From Myxococcales bacterium (GTDB lineage Bacteria > Myxococcota > Myxococcia > Myxococcales > UBA5297): a stretch of DNA of 64,000 nt. The translations under genes and the position numbers were made by a program. Below the pieces are notes generated by a model. The model was not told the DNA's origin. It did no database searches and saw only the letters and a list, made by a program, of their open reading frames with translations. This document shows, one piece after another, positions 59,189 to 64,000 of this stretch. The stretch covers positions 1-64,000 of the forward strand of contig JBBIQS010000033.1 in the NCBI GenBank assembly GCA_037442205.1, in the 5' to 3' direction. Each line of letters opens with the position of its first letter. The first letter of the stretch is position 1.

Positions 59189-59806
59189 CTACCTGGAGAC
59201 GCGCAGCGCCACCTCGTCGCCGGTGCGGGCGTTGGTCAGGCGCAGAGCCACGAACTTGGCCTTGACGCCCTGCAGCTTCTCCTTGCCCTTGCCCGGCAAG
59301 GTCCAGATCCCCAGCGGCCTGAACACCAGGTGGATCTTGAGGTTGCCGGTGCGGATCATCCGGTCCATGTCCATCGGCATCCAGTCGTTGGGCAGTTGGA
59401 CGTCGAGCGGCATCAGCGGCACCCGCGGGTTGCCGTTGGCGTCCTGGCCCACCGGCGCGCCCTCGGTCAGCGCCAGGCCGTTGCCCTCGAAGAACGGGGT
59501 CAGCTGCAGCTTGTACTGGCGGGTGGCGGGGTTGAAGCTGCCGGCCTGGATCATCCGCGAGGCTGCGTCGCCCAGGATCACGTGGAAGCTCTTGCCGGTC
59601 AGCTCGGCGCGGACCTTCTTGGCGTTGGCCTCGCACTCGCGCTTCTCCAGCGAGGCGCCGCACTCGCCGACGTACTTGTCGAGGAACGAGGTGAGGCTGT
59701 CCAGGCTCTCGGCGGCGTCGCGCAGCTTGGCGAACTCGGGCGGGGCCTCGCCCAGGGCAGGAGTCGCCAGCGTCAGCATCAGCAGCGCGGGAAGGCAAGG
59801 CCTCAT
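59189..59806 (-). CDS. Secreted hypothetical protein
   Basis: Start at M41 of the ORF with GGAGGA RBS. Signal peptide MRPCLPALLMLTLATPALGEA. 205 aa. Confidence 0.5.
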   Translation of the reverse strand: MRPCLPALLMLTLATPALGEAPPEFAKLRDAAESLDSLTSFLDKYVGECGASLEKRECEANAKKVRAELTGKSFHVILGDAASRMIQAGSFNPATRQYKLQLTPFFEGNGLALTEGAPVGQDANGNPRVPLMPLDVQLPNDWMPMDMDRMIRTGNLKIHLVFRPLGIWTLPGKGKEKLQGVKAKFVALRLTNARTGDEVALRVSR

Positions 59807-59960
59807 GAAGTCGTTCCTCCAAAGCAAGGGGTCGTTGCCTTGTACCGCAACTGGCCGTTCACTTTCGACGGAGGGCGGTGTGTGCCGGGGTGCGTCATGG
59901 TAGCTTTTTTGACTACATCTGCGCACCCGCTACAGTGAGCTCAAACGTCGGAGGTGAGCA

Positions 59961-60329
59961 GTGAAAGAGCGCAGAGACTCGATCCGGTTCGACAAGGCCT
60001 TCACGGTCTACCTCGCGGGCGAAGAGGGAATGACCCGAGGGATCGCCCGAAACATCAGCGACGGCGGCATGTTCATCGAGACCCGCGAGCCGTACCGGCT
60101 GGGGGCGCGGATCAAGGTGACCTTCGTGTCGCCGGAAAATGGGACCGAGATCACAGTGGTGGGCGAGGTCCGCTACCAGTGCTTCCTGTCCTACGGCGCC
60201 GACAACAACGGCGAGAACCAGCTGCGGGGCATGGGCGTGCGCTTCGTGGAGATCGCCGAGTCGGAGCAAGGGCTGACCCAGCCGCTGGCCGGGGCCGCCG
60301 GCGCCGAGCGCAGCCGGGTGTTCCACTGA
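59961..60329 (+). CDS. PilZ-domain protein
   Basis: GTG start with GGAGG RBS. RRDSIR ... NISDGGMF are the c-di-GMP-binding RxxxR and D/NxSxxG PilZ motifs. Confidence 0.7.
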   Translation: MKERRDSIRFDKAFTVYLAGEEGMTRGIARNISDGGMFIETREPYRLGARIKVTFVSPENGTEITVVGEVRYQCFLSYGADNNGENQLRGMGVRFVEIAESEQGLTQPLAGAAGAERSRVFH

Positions 60330-60381
60330 GCCGGAGCGGGGAGCGGGCGGCGGGCCGGCAGCAGGCCTGCCGACTTCGTAG

Positions 60382-61914
60382 CTAGCTGTGGGAGAAGCCT
60401 TCGAGCGTGTAGTGCGACGAGATCCGCTTGAGGGCCAGGACCATCGCCGCCAGCCGCAGGTCGCACTCCTTGCCGACGGCGAAGGGGCGCGAGTCGTGCA
60501 GGTCGGAGCGCGACGGTGAGTTGGCGGCGATGTCGCGGATGATCCGGTAGTTGGCGCGCAGCGTCCGCTCCAGGCGGCTGACCACGTCCTGCTCGGACCA
60601 GTGCTCCATGCGCTGGTTCTGCAGCCACTCGTAGTAGCTGACAGTGAGCCCGCCGGCGTTGGCGATGACGTCGGGGATCAGGTCGATGCGCCGGGCGTAG
60701 AGGATCTCGTCGGCCTCGGGCAGGCAGGGGTTGCTGGCGGCCTCGGCCACCACCTTGACCTTGAGGCGCTGGGCGATCTCGCCGGTGATCTCGCCGCCCA
60801 GGGCGGCGGGGATCAGCACGTCGGCCGGCAGCTCGAAGAAGTCCTTCTTGGAGATGGCGCTGGCCAGCGGGAAGCCCGCCACGGTCTTCTTGAGATTGGC
60901 CGGGTTGTCGAAGACGTGGCGCAGCAGCGCGTCGACGTCGATGCCGTCGGGGTTGTAGATGGTGCCGAAGGCGTCGTTGATCGCCACCGGGCGCATCCCG
61001 GCCTGGGCCAGCACCACCGCGGCGTTGGAGCCGACGTTGCCGAAGCCCTGCAACAGGAAGCTCTTGCCCTTGAGCGACTCGCCGCGGCGCTGGGCCCACT
61101 CGTCGAGGCAGTAGCTCAGCCCCATGCCCACCGCGCGGTGCCGCCCCTCGGAGCCGCCGATGCGGATGTCCTTGCCGGTGACCGCCCCGCGCACCCGGTG
61201 GCGCTCGCGCTCCCCGTCGGTGAACTGGCGGAGCATGATCGCCATGGTCTCGGAGGTGGTGCCGACCTCGGGAGCCAGGATGTCGAGCTCGGGGCCGACC
61301 AGGCGCTTGAGCCGGTACATGTAGCGCAGGCTGATCTGCTCCAGCTCCTCCTTGCCGTAGGCCAGGGGGTCGATCTTGATCCCGCCCTTGGCCCCGCCGA
61401 AGGGCAGGTCGACGATGGCGCTGCTCCAGGTGACGCGGGCGGCCAGCGACTTGAACAGGTCGAGGGAGACGTCCTTGTGGAATCGGACGCCGCCCTTGTA
61501 CGGGCCGCGGGCCTGGTTGTGCTGGACGCGGTAGGCCTTGAAGCGCTTGACCTGGCCGGGCTCGAGGCGGAACAGGGAGCCGCCGGGCAGGCGGATGACG
61601 CCCTGGCGGATGGTGACGTCGGAGCCAAGCAGGGCGCGGCCTTTGAGGAGCAGGGTGCCGTCGGCGAGGTGCTCGAGGGCGTTGGGGTCGCGCAGCACCG
61701 AGGCCGGCAGGTCGGCGAAGCGCGGCTGCTCGGAGTCGGGGACCGGGACCAGCCGGTCCTTGAGCCTGACCGTGACGTAGAAGATGTGCTCGTAGTCCGG
61801 CTCCTCGAGCTCGAGGCGGACGCGGTGGTCGAGGGTGACCAGGTCGGCGGCGCGATGGAAGATCTCCATCGAGTCGGTGTAGACGGTCCGCTTGTGACCT
61901 TCGCGCGCGCGCAT
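60382..61914 (-). CDS. Glutamate dehydrogenase (Glu/Leu/Phe/Val dehydrogenase family) with an N-terminal extension
   Basis: FGGAKGGIKIDP catalytic lysine motif. Rossmann GFGNVGSNAA. The start could instead be M16 (61869). Confidence 0.85.
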   Translation of the reverse strand: MRAREGHKRTVYTDSMEIFHRAADLVTLDHRVRLELEEPDYEHIFYVTVRLKDRLVPVPDSEQPRFADLPASVLRDPNALEHLADGTLLLKGRALLGSDVTIRQGVIRLPGGSLFRLEPGQVKRFKAYRVQHNQARGPYKGGVRFHKDVSLDLFKSLAARVTWSSAIVDLPFGGAKGGIKIDPLAYGKEELEQISLRYMYRLKRLVGPELDILAPEVGTTSETMAIMLRQFTDGERERHRVRGAVTGKDIRIGGSEGRHRAVGMGLSYCLDEWAQRRGESLKGKSFLLQGFGNVGSNAAVVLAQAGMRPVAINDAFGTIYNPDGIDVDALLRHVFDNPANLKKTVAGFPLASAISKKDFFELPADVLIPAALGGEITGEIAQRLKVKVVAEAASNPCLPEADEILYARRIDLIPDVIANAGGLTVSYYEWLQNQRMEHWSEQDVVSRLERTLRANYRIIRDIAANSPSRSDLHDSRPFAVGKECDLRLAAMVLALKRISSHYTLEGFSHS

Positions 61915-62093
61915 GAGGAGCCCGGGGGCGGTTCGAAAGGGGCGGGAGGATAGTGCCCGAGGGATGCGGGGTCAAACGGCGATCCAGCCGTGCTGCAGAG
62001 GGGCGAGCGGCTGGCTGCACTCAGGGATTGAAGGCGCAACCGTCTGTGCTATAACGCCGCCCCGCCGTGTCCGGAGCAGAGCAGTCCGGGGAC

Positions 62094-62166
<73 letters not shown>

Positions 62167-62296
62167 CAAGAAAATCCGCTGTGCTTACGGGCTGTTTCCC
62201 TCGGGAGGCGGCCCGTTTTCGTTTGCGGGAAGCCCTGACACTCGAAAACGGGACTTCCTTAGAGGCCGGACTCGCGGCGCGCAAAGATGCTCCGTT

Positions 62297-62312
62297 TGCA
62301 GTTCATGAACTG
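62297..62312. promoter_or_regulatory. Perfect 16-bp palindrome GCAGTTCATGAACTGC, operator-like
   Basis: Exact dyad symmetry. Followed by GCGAACAG, which also forms the arm of the second palindrome. Confidence 0.35.
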
Positions 62313-62442
62313 CGAACAGGCTCGATTCGTGCCCCCTATGAAGCGCAAGCCTCGAGTCGTGCTCGTGCTCATACCGCACCTTCAACTCTCTCGGGTGCGG
62401 CACCTGTCGCGGCCAGGAAGATACCACTCATCGCGGCGTGCC

Positions 62443-62468
62443 TGTTCGCTGTTTGCAAACAGCGAACA
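62443..62468. promoter_or_regulatory. Perfect 26-bp palindrome TGTTCGCTGTTTGCAAACAGCGAACA ending 1 nt before the ATG of the wHTH gene
   Basis: Exact dyad (11-bp arms, 4-nt centre TGCA) overlapping the ribosome-binding region of the gene at 62470. Confidence 0.4.
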
Positions 62469-62469
62469 A

Positions 62470-63015
62470 ATGGCTAGATTCTGGGACGTGATCCTCAAGC
62501 CCCAAGACGTGCTGGTCTTGCTGAAGGTGTGCCTCCATCCCGAAGTCCGATGGACTGTTCGCGCCATGGGCGCGGAAGTCGGCCTAAGTGGCTCTGAGGC
62601 TTCTGCCGCGACGAAGCGATTGGTGCAGGCTCGTCTGGTGGTGTCGGGCGCGGGGGGGCGGGCGATTCCGGTTCGGGAGAGCGCGGTCGAGTTCTTGGTC
62701 CACGGGGTTCGATACATCTTCCCGGCTGTTCGCGGGCCAGTCACTCGGGGAATCCCAACCGCCCATGCGGCCCCCGTTCTCATCGGGAATTTCGCCAAGC
62801 TCGAGGGGCTTCCGCCTGTCTGGCCTCACCCCGAGGGAATCGCGCGCGGCGAGTCCTTCAAGCCGCTCTACTCCTCTGCGCCGAAGGCGGCGTCCCGCGA
62901 TACAGCGATGTATGCGGCACTGGCCCTCATCGACGCGATTCGCGGAGGGAATGCTCGGGAGCGCGCGCTGGCGACGAAGCTGCTCAGCGAAATGATCATG
63001 AAGGCGGGAGAGTGA
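62470..63015 (+). CDS. Winged-helix-like small protein, a putative transcriptional regulator or antitoxin partner of the downstream nucleotidyltransferase
   Basis: Start chosen at M62 of ORF 62287.. because the upstream in-frame part contains the palindromes and biased codons. Stop overlaps the next gene start (ATGA). Confidence 0.4.
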   Translation: MARFWDVILKPQDVLVLLKVCLHPEVRWTVRAMGAEVGLSGSEASAATKRLVQARLVVSGAGGRAIPVRESAVEFLVHGVRYIFPAVRGPVTRGIPTAHAAPVLIGNFAKLEGLPPVWPHPEGIARGESFKPLYSSAPKAASRDTAMYAALALIDAIRGGNARERALATKLLSEMIMKAGE

Positions 63016-63704
63016 GTCAGAACCTCGAAATGGTAGCGCTCGTGGCCGAGCGGCTGGGCGACCTTCGAGGAGAGGTTGTCTTCCTCGGCGGCGCGGTGAC
63101 GGCTCTGCTTGTCACCGACCCGGCAGCCGCCGAGGTCAGGCCCACGACCGACGTGGATGTGATCGTGGACCTCGCTACTCATACCGACTACGCCCGACTT
63201 TCCGAGCGTCTACGCAAGCTGGGATTCCGGGAGGACACCTCCGAGGGCGCTCCGGCCTGCCGATGGCTTGTGGCAGGCGTGAAGGTGGACGTGATGCCCA
63301 CGAACGAAGCGGTGCTCGGCTTCGGCAATCGCTGGTACGGCCCGGCCATCGAGCACGCCGAGGCGCGCACCGTTGGGGAACTGGCGGTGCGGGTCGTATC
63401 TGCGCCTTACTTCCTCGGGACCAAGCTCGAAGCTTTCGATGGACGCGGCGAGGGCGACTATCGAGCCAGCCATGACCTTGAAGATGTCATCGCAGTCGTC
63501 GACGGAAGGTCGGAGCTGGTGGCGGATGTTACAGCGGCGCCGGAGGCCCTTCGCAACTATCTCAAACGGCGGATAGGGCAGCTTCTCGACGCCCCCAGGT
63601 TCATCGAGGCGCTCCCCGGCCATCTGCCTGGCGACGCTGCTAGCCAGGGCCGTGCGCCGCTTGTGCTGGCGAGGCTCAAGGCACTCGCCGGAAGAGCAGG
63701 ATGA
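63012..63704 (+). CDS. Nucleotidyltransferase-fold protein (AbiEii/MNT-like)
   Basis: VVFLGGAVTALLVT...RPTTDVDVIV fits the GS/GG-x9-13-DxD nucleotidyltransferase motif. Confidence 0.55.
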   Translation: MSQNLEMVALVAERLGDLRGEVVFLGGAVTALLVTDPAAAEVRPTTDVDVIVDLATHTDYARLSERLRKLGFREDTSEGAPACRWLVAGVKVDVMPTNEAVLGFGNRWYGPAIEHAEARTVGELAVRVVSAPYFLGTKLEAFDGRGEGDYRASHDLEDVIAVVDGRSELVADVTAAPEALRNYLKRRIGQLLDAPRFIEALPGHLPGDAASQGRAPLVLARLKALAGRAG

Positions 63705-63754
63705 GTGCGAACAGTGGGATGCCGTCCGGGCCGTCGCCCGACCTATCTTCAGGT

Positions 63755-64000
63755 CATGGCCGTCCCAATCACCCGCTTCCCCCTCCGCTTCGACGCCTGG
63801 TACCGCGCCCTCTCCTCAACGCTGCTCCTGCCGCCCTCGAAGGCGTACGTCGAAGTGCAGGATGATCGAATCGCCGTCCGCATGGCATGGGCTTTCCGGG
63901 CCGAGTTCCCGAGAGCCGCGGTGCGCGCCGCATCCGAGCTGCACAAGCACCCGCTAAGCCGAGGAGTCCACGGGTGGGGAGGCCGCTGGCTGGTCAATGG
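63755..64000 (+). CDS. Possible partial CDS running off the window end, hypothetical
   Basis: ATG at 63755, open to the window end. G/C-ending codons and balanced composition (MAVPITRFPLRFDAWYRALSS...). Absent from the ORF track only because no stop is reached. Confidence 0.25.

Noticed and set aside
60191-62020. ORFs 60191..62020 (-, alternative frame) and 60601..61953 (+) overlapping gdh
   Set aside because: Only frame 60382..61914 has the GDH catalytic and Rossmann motifs.
62287-62469. Upstream in-frame extension of the wHTH gene (start at 62287)
   Set aside because: The extension would read through both perfect palindromes and has atypical codons. The downstream ATG at 62470 gives a compact wHTH-sized protein. 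Kept open as an alternative.

Overview
This 64-kb window reads as a Myxococcales-type chromosome segment. Supporting signs are roughly 70% GC with G/C-ending codons, two proteins carrying MYXO-CTERM sorting signals, Myxococcales-style cysteine-rich repeats, and a eukaryotic-like Ser/Thr kinase. Long spurious antisense ORFs are pervasive, as expected in high-GC DNA, so coding strand was chosen by motif content and amino-acid composition rather than ORF length.

About 50 genes are called. Housekeeping and core genes:
- murI
- a split transketolase, as separate N- and C-terminal subunit genes
- ftsH, grpE and an htrA/degP-type protease
- an RluD-like pseudouridine synthase
- glutamate dehydrogenase
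- a lytic transglycosylase with a TPR superhelix
- a hypothetical-nfeD-flotillin operon
- tRNA-Leu(GAG) and tRNA-Thr(CGU)

Lineage-specific signalling and cell-surface genes:
- an ECF sigma / anti-sigma / periplasmic caspase-like (C14) protein operon
- a Ser/Thr kinase fused to a STAND-like P-loop NTPase
- an HNH / zinc-ribbon / ParA-like / J-domain-HTH operon
- a degenerate HD-GYP gene paired with a HEAT-repeat gene
- an S8 protease with a polytopic membrane tail, next to a 2261-aa repeat lipoprotein
- a 2556-aa Kelch plus Cys-rich repeat protein with an internal MYXO-CTERM fused in frame to a lipoprotein-like domain
- a matrixin-like protease
- a lower-GC patch downstream of tRNA-Thr carrying a nucleotidyltransferase (AbiE-like) gene pair with perfect palindromes

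A complex intergenic tandem-repeat array lies at 42.4-42.7 kb. No CRISPR array, rRNA or transposase was found.
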